From NCBI GenBank assembly GCA_009691525.1, contig SICG01000002.1, forward strand, positions 1-62,423: 62,423 bases of DNA. The letters are read 5' to 3'. Source of the stretch: Candidatus Latescibacterota bacterium (GTDB lineage: Bacteria; Latescibacterota; UBA2968; UBA8231). The translations under genes and the position numbers were made by a program. The notes beneath the pieces were generated by a model. It searched no databases, was not told the DNA's origin, and worked only from the letters and a program-made list of their open reading frames with translations. This document shows, in pieces, positions 1 through 8,820 of the stretch; within the stretch, counting starts at the first letter, position 1; each line of letters opens with the position of its first letter.

Positions 1-419
1 TTGAAGTAATTGACATCGCTGAAGTGGGCATCCCATAGCGCCAAATCCAGGCCGGCGACGTTGTCCCGCCAGTCGCGGTGCCACTGGGTACACCAGGGCA
101 GTTCGCCCGGTTCCAGCAGGATGCCCAGCATCTGGCGGTCGCCGTGGGTATGGCGCGGGGTGAGGGTGCGCTGGATCGCGTCGTTCAGGGGGGCCAACTC
201 GGCGTAATCGACAAAAGGCCGTGGGTCCAGTTCCGGGTAGTTGCCCACCGGTTGCAGGCGCTGGGTCTGGACCCCGCGCTGCTGGCGGGCGATCTCCCGG
301 GCCTGGGCCGCCACCCGGCGCAACTCGCCCAACAGGGAGAGGGGCAGGATCTGGCGGAAGACGGTGTAGCCCTGGGTGTGGTATTGGTCGAGGTGTTGGT
401 CGGTGAAGGCAAAGGTCAT
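1..419 (-). CDS. Phytanoyl-CoA dioxygenase (PhyH) family Fe(II)/2-oxoglutarate oxygenase, partial (3' end runs off window)
   Basis: Reverse-strand ATG at 417-419. My translation is MTFAFTDQHLDQYHTQGYTVFRQILP...WHRDW, typical of a PhyH N-terminus. Not in the ORF track because there is no stop inside the window. Confidence 0.6.
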   Translation of the reverse strand, partial: MTFAFTDQHLDQYHTQGYTVFRQILPLSLLGELRRVAAQAREIARQQRGVQTQRLQPVGNYPELDPRPFVDYAELAPLNDAIQRTLTPRHTHGDRQMLGILLEPGELPWCTQWHRDWRDNVAGLDLALWDAHFSDVNYF

Positions 420-776
420 GGGGCGATCCTCGTGAAAGCTGAAAAGCCAGCGGCGCGTTGCCATTTCAGTGGTCAAAGGCAGTAAGATAATACCGAATTA
501 TCCAGACGAGCACCAACCGCCGGAGGGCGGTGATCCCCCTTGAAGTGCTCGGCTGATGGGCTTATTCTACACCCCATCCTTCAGGAGAGAGGAAGACCAT
601 GCCTGTGCATCTGGTGCACCATATCGACGCACCCGACTGGGGCGCCGAAACCGTGCGCAGCGGGGCGTTTTAAAATGAGTGAGTTACATCTACCGGCCCG
701 TCTAATGGAGAAATGCGGCCATCGCCCGGACCCTTGCCCCTTGAAACGCAACCCCAAACGCAACAGGAGGAGTCGT

Positions 777-1406
777 ATGCCACCGAGATTCAACGAGATC
801 ATCGCTACTGAAGAGCAGTTGCGCCAAGTCCTGGGAGCCCCGTCGCAGCGGGCAGTGGACAAAACCGTCTCTGCCCTCGACGACAACTGCCGGGCCTTCA
901 TCGCCGCCTCGCCCTTTTTGCTCATCGGGTCCACAGATGCCCAGGGCCGGCTCGATGTTTCCCCCAAGGGCGATCCGCCCGGATTCGTGCAGGTGCTCGA
1001 CGAGTACACCGTGGCCATCCCAGACCGGCTGGGCAACCGGCGGGCCGATACCTTCGTCAACATCCTCCAACGACCCCAGGTGGCGCTCCTGTTTATGATC
1101 CCCGGCAAACAGGACACCCTGCGGGTGGGGGGCAACGCCCTGATCGTGCGCGACCAGGGACTGCGGGAGGGTATGGCGGTGGAGGGCAAGGTGCCGGATC
1201 TGGCCCTGGTGGTAGAGGTGCAGGAAGCCTTTATTCACTGCCCGAAATGTATGATCCGCTCCCACCTGTGGGAGCCCCAGCACTGGCCCAGCCTGGAGGC
1301 GGTCCCCTCCATGGCGCAGACCTTCATCGCCCACGCCAAAATCGACCAGAGCGTGGAAGAGGTGCAGGCGCAGATCGACCAAGCAGTGAAGGAAAGGCTT
1401 TACTGA
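777..1406 (+). CDS. Pyridoxamine 5'-phosphate oxidase-like FMN-binding protein
   Basis: Part of track ORF 540..1406. ATG at 777 is preceded by AGGAGG (765-770). Sequence MPPRFNEIIATEEQLRQVLG...SPKGDPPGFV...IPDRLGNRRADT...HCPKCMIRSHLW matches my memory of the PNPOx-related family. Confidence 0.7.
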   Translation: MPPRFNEIIATEEQLRQVLGAPSQRAVDKTVSALDDNCRAFIAASPFLLIGSTDAQGRLDVSPKGDPPGFVQVLDEYTVAIPDRLGNRRADTFVNILQRPQVALLFMIPGKQDTLRVGGNALIVRDQGLREGMAVEGKVPDLALVVEVQEAFIHCPKCMIRSHLWEPQHWPSLEAVPSMAQTFIAHAKIDQSVEEVQAQIDQAVKERLY

Positions 1407-1416
1407 GAGGAGCAAG

Positions 1417-3930
1417 ATGAACGATCGCACTGAGTGGTTCGCCCACAAGGGCTGGGGGGTGTTCTGCCATTGGCTGGGCGCCGCGCCCAGCAGCGACGGC
1501 GGCGCGGGCCTGAGCGCCGAGGAGTGGAACAGCTGGGTGGACGAGTTCGACGTCGAGGGTCTGGCCGGCCAGCTGGCCGGGGTCGGGGCGCCCTATCTCT
1601 TTATCACCATCGGCCAGAACTCCGGCCATTTTCTCGCCCCCAACCCGGTGTACGACGAGTTGGTGGGCATCCATCCCAGCAAGTGCTCGCGCCGGGATTT
1701 GGTCACCGACCTGCACGCCGCCCTCGACAAACGCGGCATCGACCTGCTGGTGTACCTGCCCAGCGGCGCACCGGCCGCGGATCCGGTGGCCGTGGAACGC
1801 CTGGGCTGGCAGTGGGGTTTCGAGGGCAGCTGGCCCTCCAGCTGGGGCACCCAGCGGACGGGCAAGAAGCTGGCCGATTTCCAGCGCTGCTGGGAACAGG
1901 TCATGCGTGCCTGGTCGCTGCAGTGGGGGACCAAGGTCAAGGGCTGGTGGATCGACGGGTGTTATTTCGCCGACGAGATGTACCGCCATGAGGAGGAGCC
2001 CAACTTCGGCACCTTTGCTGCGGCGCTGCGGGCCGGCAACCCCGAGGCCATTGTCGCCTTTAACCCCGGGGTGCTGGTGCCGGTGATCTGCCACAGCGAA
2101 CACGAGGACTACACCGCCGGGGAGATCGCCGGGGCCCTGCCCGAATGTCCGGGCCCCTGGGTCGAACGTAACGGCCACCGCGCCCGGTACCACGTGCTCA
2201 GCTACCTGGGCCAGTCCTGGTGCCAGGGCCCGCCGCGTTTTCCCGAGGAGATGGCCGTGGGTTATACCCGGCACGTGACCAGCAGGGGCGGGGTGATCAC
2301 CTGGGATGTGCCCATCGAGCGCAAGGGCCTCATCCCCGGCGACTTCCTGCGGCAGTTGGGTGCCATCGGCGCGGCCCAGACTAAAAATTGGCAGGAGGGC
2401 GGCCCGGTGCCCGACGCGGCGGTGCGCAGCAGCCGGGCCCTGCGCGAACGCCTGCTGGCCGATGCCACCCGGCCGCGCTACCATTTTTGTGTGCCTGAGG
2501 ACCAGGGCATGCCCGGCGACCCGAACGGGGCCTTCTACGCCGGGGGGCGCTACCACCTGATGTACCTCTACAGCCGCAGCGGCTCGGGATTCTGCTGGGG
2601 CCATATCTCCAGCGCCGATCTGTTGCACTGGCGGCACCACCCAGACGCCATCGGGCCCGGCGACGGGGACGAGGGCTGCTTCAGCGGCGGGGCCTTTGTG
2701 GATGAAGATGGCACCGCCACCCTCTCCTACTGGATGTTGTGGGGCGACAAGGGCATCGGTCTGGCCCAGAGCCCGGGACCTGCGTACGAGACCTGGACCA
2801 AACTGGCCGCGAATCCAGTGATCAAGTCCAGCGAATGGGGCATCACCGAACTGCGGGACGCCCAAGGGCAACCCCTGCTCGTCGGCTCGGCCGATCCCTC
2901 CAACATCTGGAAGGAGGGCGGGCGGTACTATATGCTCACCGGCAACCTGCTGGTGCTCAACAAGGTGGGCCGCGCTGCCGATGCGCCCGAGGCCGAACAA
3001 GGGGACCGGCTCTATCTCTTTGTTTCCGACGACCTGAAAAAATGGGAGTACCTGCACGTCTTCTACCAGCGCCGGCCCGAGTGGACCGACCCGAGCGAAG
3101 ACAATATGTGTCCCAGCTTCCTGCCCCTGCCCGCCAGCCCCGAGGGCGGGCCGTCCAGCGGCAAACACCTGCTGCTCTTCATCAGCCACAACAAGGGCTG
3201 TCAGTATTACGTGGGCACCTACCGCGATCACCATTTCCATCCCGAGACCCACGGGCGCATGACCTGGGTGGACAATACCTACTTTGCGCCCGAAGCGCTG
3301 ATGGACCCGCAGGGCCGGCAGATCATGTGGTCCTGGCTTTTGGACAACCCCGAGGGGGACAAGGAGCGCGGGTGGTCCGGGGTGTACGGCCTGCCCCGCA
3401 CTCTGTGGGTGGGCGAGGACAATACCCTGCGCCTGGCCCCGGTGGGCGAGTTGGAACTCCTGCGCGGGCCGGTGCGACGCTGGCGGGCCCAGACTCTCAA
3501 GGCCGGCCAGACCAAGGTGCTCGAAGGCCTGGACGGCACCTCCTGTGAACTAGAGGTGGAGTTCGAGGTGGGGGAGGCGCAGCGCTGCGGCCTGAAGGTG
3601 CGGGCCGCTGCCGACGGCCAGGAGCAGACCCTGATCTACTACGACCGGGAAGCCCAGCAGTTGGTTTTCGACGCGACGCGCAGCGGCGGGACCGGGCGGC
3701 GGGTGCTGGAGCGGGCGCCCCTGGTACTGGCCCCCGGCGAGACGCTGCGCCTGCGGGTCTTCGTCGACCAGTCGGTGGTGGAGATCTTCGCCAACGAGCG
3801 CCAGGCCATTGGCCGGCGGGTGTATCCGCTGCGCCCTGATAGTCAGGGGGTGTTCCTCTTTGCCGAAGGCGGCGCGGCCCGGGTCCGGCGTATTGCCGCC
3901 TGGGACCTGGGCCCGACCAATGCCTACTGA
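1417..3930 (+). CDS. Fusion glycoside hydrolase: N-terminal alpha-L-fucosidase-like (GH29-like) TIM-barrel domain plus C-terminal GH32 (beta-fructofuranosidase-like) module
   Basis: 837-aa ORF. The N-terminus has KGWGVFCHWL, LFITIGQNSGHF and GWWIDG, which is GH29-like. From about aa 352: RPRYHF..MPGDPNG..YHLMY..WGHISSADLLHWRHH..CFSGGAFV..ADP..MCPSF, which follows the GH32 motif order. Confidence 0.7.
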   Translation: MNDRTEWFAHKGWGVFCHWLGAAPSSDGGAGLSAEEWNSWVDEFDVEGLAGQLAGVGAPYLFITIGQNSGHFLAPNPVYDELVGIHPSKCSRRDLVTDLHAALDKRGIDLLVYLPSGAPAADPVAVERLGWQWGFEGSWPSSWGTQRTGKKLADFQRCWEQVMRAWSLQWGTKVKGWWIDGCYFADEMYRHEEEPNFGTFAAALRAGNPEAIVAFNPGVLVPVICHSEHEDYTAGEIAGALPECPGPWVERNGHRARYHVLSYLGQSWCQGPPRFPEEMAVGYTRHVTSRGGVITWDVPIERKGLIPGDFLRQLGAIGAAQTKNWQEGGPVPDAAVRSSRALRERLLADATRPRYHFCVPEDQGMPGDPNGAFYAGGRYHLMYLYSRSGSGFCWGHISSADLLHWRHHPDAIGPGDGDEGCFSGGAFVDEDGTATLSYWMLWGDKGIGLAQSPGPAYETWTKLAANPVIKSSEWGITELRDAQGQPLLVGSADPSNIWKEGGRYYMLTGNLLVLNKVGRAADAPEAEQGDRLYLFVSDDLKKWEYLHVFYQRRPEWTDPSEDNMCPSFLPLPASPEGGPSSGKHLLLFISHNKGCQYYVGTYRDHHFHPETHGRMTWVDNTYFAPEALMDPQGRQIMWSWLLDNPEGDKERGWSGVYGLPRTLWVGEDNTLRLAPVGELELLRGPVRRWRAQTLKAGQTKVLEGLDGTSCELEVEFEVGEAQRCGLKVRAAADGQEQTLIYYDREAQQLVFDATRSGGTGRRVLERAPLVLAPGETLRLRVFVDQSVVEIFANERQAIGRRVYPLRPDSQGVFLFAEGGAARVRRIAAWDLGPTNAY

Positions 3931-3954
3931 CCTGGGCGAGAGCCCCGAGGAAAG

Positions 3955-4578
3955 ATGAAGCGCAAAATTGCTGCAGCGTTCTTGATCCTGGGCCTGTTAT
4001 CCAGCGCGGAGGAAGCGATGGGGGTAGAGGAGGCCAAGTACACGGTCGTCGAGCGACAGGGGGATATCGAGATCCGCGACTACGCCCCTTGCGTGCTGGC
4101 GGAGGTGGTGGTGGCGGCCGGGCTGGAGGAAGCCGGGGACCAGGCCTTCAGCAAACTCTTCCGCTACATCTCGGGGGACAATCAGGCCCGCGGCAAGATC
4201 GCCATGACCGCCCCGGTTGCGCAGGAGGCTCGGGAGAAGATCGCCATGACCGCGCCGGTGGGCCAGGAACGGACGCCGACCGGGTACGCGGTGAGTTTCA
4301 TGATGCCGGCCGGCTATACCCTGGAGACCCTGCCAGTGCCCGCCGACCCGGCAGTCAACCTGCGCCAGGTGCCGGCCCGGCGTATGGCGGCCATCCGCTA
4401 CTCGGGTGGCTGGAGTGAGGCGGGATTCCAGAAACACAAACGGGAGTTGGAGGGCTGGATGGGGGCCAAGGGTCTGGAGGCAGCGGGCGAGGCGGTCTGG
4501 GCCCGGTACAATCCGCCCTTCATGCCCTGGTTCCTGCGGCGCAACGAGGTACTGATCCCGCTCGGGGCAGCACCGTGA
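3955..4578 (+). CDS. SOUL heme-binding family protein with N-terminal signal peptide
   Basis: 207 aa. Hydrophobic N-terminus MKRKIAAAFLILGLLSSAEEA, two IAMTAPV motifs, and C-terminal YNPPF..RRNEV, all typical of SOUL/HEBP. Confidence 0.75.
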   Translation: MKRKIAAAFLILGLLSSAEEAMGVEEAKYTVVERQGDIEIRDYAPCVLAEVVVAAGLEEAGDQAFSKLFRYISGDNQARGKIAMTAPVAQEAREKIAMTAPVGQERTPTGYAVSFMMPAGYTLETLPVPADPAVNLRQVPARRMAAIRYSGGWSEAGFQKHKRELEGWMGAKGLEAAGEAVWARYNPPFMPWFLRRNEVLIPLGAAP

Positions 4579-4643
4579 AGGGGCCTGGCGAGGGTGAAGG
4601 ACGCCAGGCGGCGCGTTGATGAACACGAGAGGAAAAGACCTGC

Positions 4644-5888
4644 ATGGCGGATGACAGTCCACCGGATCCACCCACAGCGTCGCATGACCCCTATACGGCG
4701 CTGCGTTTTCGCGATTTCCGCTTCCTGCTGACCGGCAGCTTCATCTCCTCCTTCGGCGGGCAGATGCTCTCCTTCGCCATCAGTTGGGAGTTGTGGCTGC
4801 GCACTCATAGCACCTTTGCCCTGGGCCTGGTCGGCCTGGTGCAGGTCATCCCGGTGATCCTCTTCTCCCTGCCGGCCGGCCATGTCGCCGACCAGTTCAA
4901 CCGCAGACGTATCCTCTACTGCACCCAGTCGGTGATGGTCGCCTGTGCCCTGGCCCTGGGCCTGCTCTCCTACCTCGAAGGGCCGCTCTGGCTCATCTAC
5001 GCCTGCCTGTTGGTCATCGGCATTGCCCGCGCCTTCAACGGGCCGGCTTCCTCGACCCTGCTGCCCCAGACCGTGCCCGAAAGCGCCTATACCAGCGCCG
5101 TGACCTGGAGCAGCAGCACCTGGCAGTTCGCCTCCATCGCCGGCCCGGCGGCGGCCGGTCTGCTGGTGGCGGCACTGGACCAGGTCACCCTGCTCTATTT
5201 CCTCGACGCCCTGGCCGTGCTCACCTTCCTGGTGTTGCTGGGGTTCATGAAGGGCCGCCAGGTAGCCCTGCCGCGCAAGACCGCCACCCTTGCCTCGCTG
5301 AAGGAGGGGGTGCGCTTCATCCGCAACACCAAGGTGCTGCTGGCGGCCATCACCCTCGATATGTTCGCGGTGCTCTCTGGCGGGGCGGTGGCCCTGCTCC
5401 CGGTTTACGCTACCGATATCCTGCAGGTGGGGGCTTCCGGTCTGGGGGTGATGCGCACTGCCCCCTCGGTGGGGGCCCTGCTGATGGCCTTTGCCCTGGC
5501 CCACCTGCCGCCCATGCGCCAGGCCGGCAAGGCCCTGCTCTGGGCAGTGGCCGGTTTCGGGGCAGCCACTATCGTCTTCGGGGTGTCGGAATCCTTTGTG
5601 CTGTCGGTGGTGATGCTCGCCCTCCTGGGGGCGATGGACAGCATCAGCGTGGTCATCCGCAGCACCCTGATGCTGACCAAGGTTCCCGACGAGATGCGCG
5701 GGCGTGCCTCGGCGGTGAACGGCATCTTCATCAGCACCTCGAACGAACTGGGGGGCTTCGAATCCGGGGCAGTGGCGGCGCTATGGGGGCCGGTCTTTGC
5801 GGTGGTCAGCGGGGGGATCGGCACCATCGTGGTGGTAGTGCTGGTAGCCCGGCTCTGGCCCGAAATGCGCCAGCTCAAGACCCTTTGA
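4644..5888 (+). CDS. MFS transporter (EntS/MFS_3-like)
   Basis: 414 aa with about 12 hydrophobic segments. N-terminus has FRDFRFLLTGSFISSFG, typical of this MFS subgroup. Confidence 0.75.
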   Translation: MADDSPPDPPTASHDPYTALRFRDFRFLLTGSFISSFGGQMLSFAISWELWLRTHSTFALGLVGLVQVIPVILFSLPAGHVADQFNRRRILYCTQSVMVACALALGLLSYLEGPLWLIYACLLVIGIARAFNGPASSTLLPQTVPESAYTSAVTWSSSTWQFASIAGPAAAGLLVAALDQVTLLYFLDALAVLTFLVLLGFMKGRQVALPRKTATLASLKEGVRFIRNTKVLLAAITLDMFAVLSGGAVALLPVYATDILQVGASGLGVMRTAPSVGALLMAFALAHLPPMRQAGKALLWAVAGFGAATIVFGVSESFVLSVVMLALLGAMDSISVVIRSTLMLTKVPDEMRGRASAVNGIFISTSNELGGFESGAVAALWGPVFAVVSGGIGTIVVVVLVARLWPEMRQLKTL

Positions 5889-6654
5889 GGTCGCCGGTCT
5901 CCGGATCCAGCCGCGCGAACCAGCTTAGGGCATTTTTCCACATGGTACGGGTAAATTGATGGGCCGTAACGGGTTGGAGAAAGACCTCCAGCCGCTCGGG
6001 GTGCTCCCGGTAAAGCCCCTGCAGGGCGGCGACGAAGCGCTGGGCCCCGTCGGGGGGCACCTGCTGGTCCTGTGCGCCGCACTGGAAACTGATGGCCGGG
6101 CAGTGCCGGTACGAGTCCAGGTGGGTGAGGGGATTGCGGCGGTCGTAATCGGACTGCGCCGCCCCATCCGGCACCCCGGGCGCTTCGAAGGAGCCGGGGC
6201 GGAGCCAGTCCGGGGTGGCGATGGCCGCGCTCACCGCCGCGATGCGCGGGTCCACTCCGGCCGCGGCCACGGCGATGTCGCCGCCCATGGAAATACCGCC
6301 CATACCCAGGGCCGGCTGCGCGCCAAATTCGGCCAGGGCCCAGTCGACGATCTGCGGGGTCTCCTCGGCTGTCCGCGCCAGGATGGGCCAGAAGTGGCGC
6401 CGGATATTGCCCCGCACCCGGTCGCGCAGGGCCTCGACCCCCTCGGCGCAGCGCTCGCCGTGTTCCCAGGGGTCAAAGCTCAACCCCACGAACCCCGCTG
6501 CGGCCAGTTCCAGCAGGTATTGCTGCACCCCTTCCTTGGTGCCGCTGAAACCGGGCAGCCAGATCACCAGCCGGCGCGGCTCCTGGTGCTCGGGCTCGGC
6601 CCAGAGCACCGGGATGCCCTGGACTGACGCTCTGTTCAAATGGATGGCGCCCAT
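5875..6654 (-). CDS. Alpha/beta hydrolase (dienelactone hydrolase / prolyl oligopeptidase-like)
   Basis: Track ORF 5875..6702. I prefer ATG at 6654 (MGAIHLN), which lies 2 nt after the upstream gene's stop. Nucleophile elbow GGISMGG, plus Asp (AQDQQVP) and His (TAHQF) candidates. Confidence 0.7.
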   Translation of the reverse strand: MGAIHLNRASVQGIPVLWAEPEHQEPRRLVIWLPGFSGTKEGVQQYLLELAAAGFVGLSFDPWEHGERCAEGVEALRDRVRGNIRRHFWPILARTAEETPQIVDWALAEFGAQPALGMGGISMGGDIAVAAAGVDPRIAAVSAAIATPDWLRPGSFEAPGVPDGAAQSDYDRRNPLTHLDSYRHCPAISFQCGAQDQQVPPDGAQRFVAALQGLYREHPERLEVFLQPVTAHQFTRTMWKNALSWFARLDPETGDLKGS

Positions 6655-6656
6655 CT

Positions 6657-7496
6657 TCAGGCCTTGAGGACGGCGCGATCTTCCGCGATCCATTGGTCCC
6701 ACATCTCCTCGTCGGCCACCTGGAAGCCCGAATTGGCGCGGCGGAAGACCAGTTCATCCACCCCAAAGAGGCGCAGCAGGCGCCGGTCGTTTTTCTCGCG
6801 GGCCAGCTGGATGATCTTGGCCACATTGGGCCCTGAATGATTGTCCCGGTACCGCAACCAGCTGCGATTGTAGTAGATGCTGAAGAAATACCGCAGCTTG
6901 CCGCTCATATTGGGGGTGCCCGCATGCAGCAGGGCGCAGTGGGTGAAGATCACGTCCCCAGCTTTGGCGTAGATCAGTTTTTCGCGCGCATGGGGTGCGG
7001 TGCGCTGGTCGGCCGGCACCATCACCGGCTCGCGGTGGGACCCCACGACCACGCGCAGGGGACCATTTTCGTCGGTCAGATCCTGCAGATAGGTGATGGC
7101 GTTGCAGGCCAGCGGGGCGAAATAATCGCTGCCGGGCGGGACCCAGCCCCAGATGTCGCGATGCCAGCCGCCGGCCTTGCCCTCGGCTTCGGCCCGGGGC
7201 AGGGAGGGGAAGGCCATGAAGGTCAGATTGTCCAACTGCACAAAGGGCCCCAGCACCCGCTCGGCAAAATCGAGGATGCCGGCGTTGTTGACCGCCGGCA
7301 GCATCAGCCAGGGTTCATATTCGACCACGCTGCTGAGCCACAGGGTGGGTTTCTCGGCGCCTACCGGGGTTTGGCGCTCCACCAGATCGGGATACCTGGC
7401 GATCCAGCGGTCCATCTGGGCCCGGTCGAAAACACCCTCGAACACCGTAAACCCCTGCTCCTTGAATTCGGCCAAGCGTGTTGCCAAACTTTTCAT
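6657..7496 (-). CDS. Phytanoyl-CoA dioxygenase (PhyH) family oxygenase
   Basis: 279 aa: FKEQGFTVFEGVF...WHRD...GPLRVVVGSH...HAGTPN, a 2-His-1-carboxylate style pattern. Confidence 0.75.
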   Translation of the reverse strand: MKSLATRLAEFKEQGFTVFEGVFDRAQMDRWIARYPDLVERQTPVGAEKPTLWLSSVVEYEPWLMLPAVNNAGILDFAERVLGPFVQLDNLTFMAFPSLPRAEAEGKAGGWHRDIWGWVPPGSDYFAPLACNAITYLQDLTDENGPLRVVVGSHREPVMVPADQRTAPHAREKLIYAKAGDVIFTHCALLHAGTPNMSGKLRYFFSIYYNRSWLRYRDNHSGPNVAKIIQLAREKNDRRLLRLFGVDELVFRRANSGFQVADEEMWDQWIAEDRAVLKA

Positions 7497-7566
7497 CGGT
7501 TCCCCTTGTATGGTTGGCGGTGTGGGCCACGGCCCGGTGCTGGTCCGCGAGTGCCGGTCCGAGGGG

Positions 7567-8724
7567 CTATGCGATCACCAACTTCTCGATATCTGCGAGG
7601 GTGGCGCCGCCCAGGTTGACCAGGTTGGCGGCCAAATCCGCCAGTAGGATTTCGGCGACCAGGTCGCCGCCCTGCTCGCCACAGGCAGCGACCCCGTAGA
7701 GGAAGGCCCGTCCCAGAAAGACGAAGTCAGCGCCAAGGGCCAGGGCGCGCAGGATATCCAGGCCGGTGCGGACGCCGCTGTCGAAGAGGATGGGCACCCG
7801 GCCCCGCACCTGGCGCACCATGGCCGGCAGCGCCTCGATGGCCGAGGGGGTCCCGTCGAACTGCCGGGCCCCGTGGTTGGAGACCTGGATACCGTCGACG
7901 CCCGCTTCGATGGCCAACTCGGCGTCGGCCGGGTGCATCAGTCCCTTGAGTACCAGCGGTCCGGTCCACTCCTGGCGCGCCTCCTTGAGGTAGTCCCAGG
8001 AAAGGGTGCCGCCCACGTGCTGCCCGACGAACTGGGTGACGTCCTTCCAGTCCTTGGTGGGAGCGTACGGGGTGAGGGTGCGCAGGGTGGGCAGGCCGGC
8101 GGCGAGGGTGCGCAGGGTCCATTCGGGGTGGCAGAGGGCCTCCCAGATGAAGCGGGCGCTGATGGTGGGCGGCATGGTCAGACCGGCGCGCACGGTGCGC
8201 TCGCGGCGGCTGCCCACCGGCACGTCGGCGGTCACCACCAGGGTGGTGAAGCCCGAATCGCGGACCCGGCGCAGGATCTCTCGCCGCAACTCCCCCGCCC
8301 GGGGCGGATAGAGCTGGAACCAGCCCATATCGCCGACCAGGGGACCAATGGTCTCGGGGGTCTGGGTGGCGACGGTGCTCAGGGTGTAGGGGAGGCGGTA
8401 CCGGGCGGCCGTGCGGGCCAGGATACACTCGGCGCGGGGCCACATCAGGCCGCTCAGCCCGACCGGCGCCATGCCGAAGGGTGCGGAGTAGGACTGGCCG
8501 AAGAGGGTGGTAGCCAGGTTGGCTTTGAGCTCGCCCTTCATGAAACGCGGCAGCAGGGTCACCTCGGCCATCTGTTCCAGGTTGCGGGTCACGCCGCGCT
8601 CGTCGCCCGTGCCGGTCTCGAGGTATTCCCAGGCGACGTGGGGGATTTTGGCGCGGGCCCGCTGGCGCAGGTCGGCGACCATGGGGTAGCGCTGCAACAA
8701 ACGCTTGAAACGGGCTTCGTTCAT
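7567..8724 (-). CDS. FMN-dependent alpha-hydroxy acid oxidase/dehydrogenase (LldD / glycolate oxidase family)
   Basis: 385 aa: AWEYLETGTGDE, FGMAPVG, GVDGIQVSNHGARQFDG, ILFDSGVRTG. Confidence 0.8.
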   Translation of the reverse strand: MNEARFKRLLQRYPMVADLRQRARAKIPHVAWEYLETGTGDERGVTRNLEQMAEVTLLPRFMKGELKANLATTLFGQSYSAPFGMAPVGLSGLMWPRAECILARTAARYRLPYTLSTVATQTPETIGPLVGDMGWFQLYPPRAGELRREILRRVRDSGFTTLVVTADVPVGSRRERTVRAGLTMPPTISARFIWEALCHPEWTLRTLAAGLPTLRTLTPYAPTKDWKDVTQFVGQHVGGTLSWDYLKEARQEWTGPLVLKGLMHPADAELAIEAGVDGIQVSNHGARQFDGTPSAIEALPAMVRQVRGRVPILFDSGVRTGLDILRALALGADFVFLGRAFLYGVAACGEQGGDLVAEILLADLAANLVNLGGATLADIEKLVIA

Positions 8725-8756
8725 GGCGGGGTATCGTCCAGAAAGGGCTGGGTTCC

Positions 8757-8786
8757 TTGACAGCGCGAAAAAACAGGTGGTAAATA
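8757..8786 (+). promoter_or_regulatory. Candidate sigma70-like promoter in a divergent intergenic region
   Basis: TTGACA (8757-8762), 18-nt spacer, TAAATA (8781-8786), about 35 nt upstream of the 8821 ORF. Promoter consensus for this lineage is unknown. Confidence 0.3.
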
Positions 8787-8820
8787 AGCGAATTCCAACC
8801 CCATCGCGAAAGGATCGAAT

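Noticed and set aside
599-673. 24-codon ORF (MPVHLVHHIDAPDWGAETVRSGAF) with an upstream GGAGAGAGGAAG, in the 357-bp gap before the PNPOx-like gene. Possible leader peptide.
   Set aside because: It has no supporting conservation, no terminator or anti-terminator structure, and no codon-bias signal that I could see. It is too short to distinguish from chance.
540-776. N-terminal extension of the PNPOx-like ORF (track start 540, alternative ATG 675).
   Set aside because: The extension is Cys/Arg/Pro-rich with poor coding character. ATG at 777 has a perfect AGGAGG and gives the N-terminus typical of the family.
4195-4265. Internal duplication GKIAMTAPV...EKIAMTAPV in the SOUL protein, as a possible recent tandem repeat.
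   Set aside because: As far as I recall, two IAMTAPV-type motifs are a normal feature of bacterial SOUL/HEBP proteins. The nucleotide sequences of the two copies are not identical.
4579-4615. Inverted repeat GCCTGGCG...CGCCAGGC after the SOUL gene, as a terminator.
   Set aside because: No T-tract follows it, and the downstream MFS gene starts 30 nt later. It may be a stem-loop, but not a convincing intrinsic terminator.
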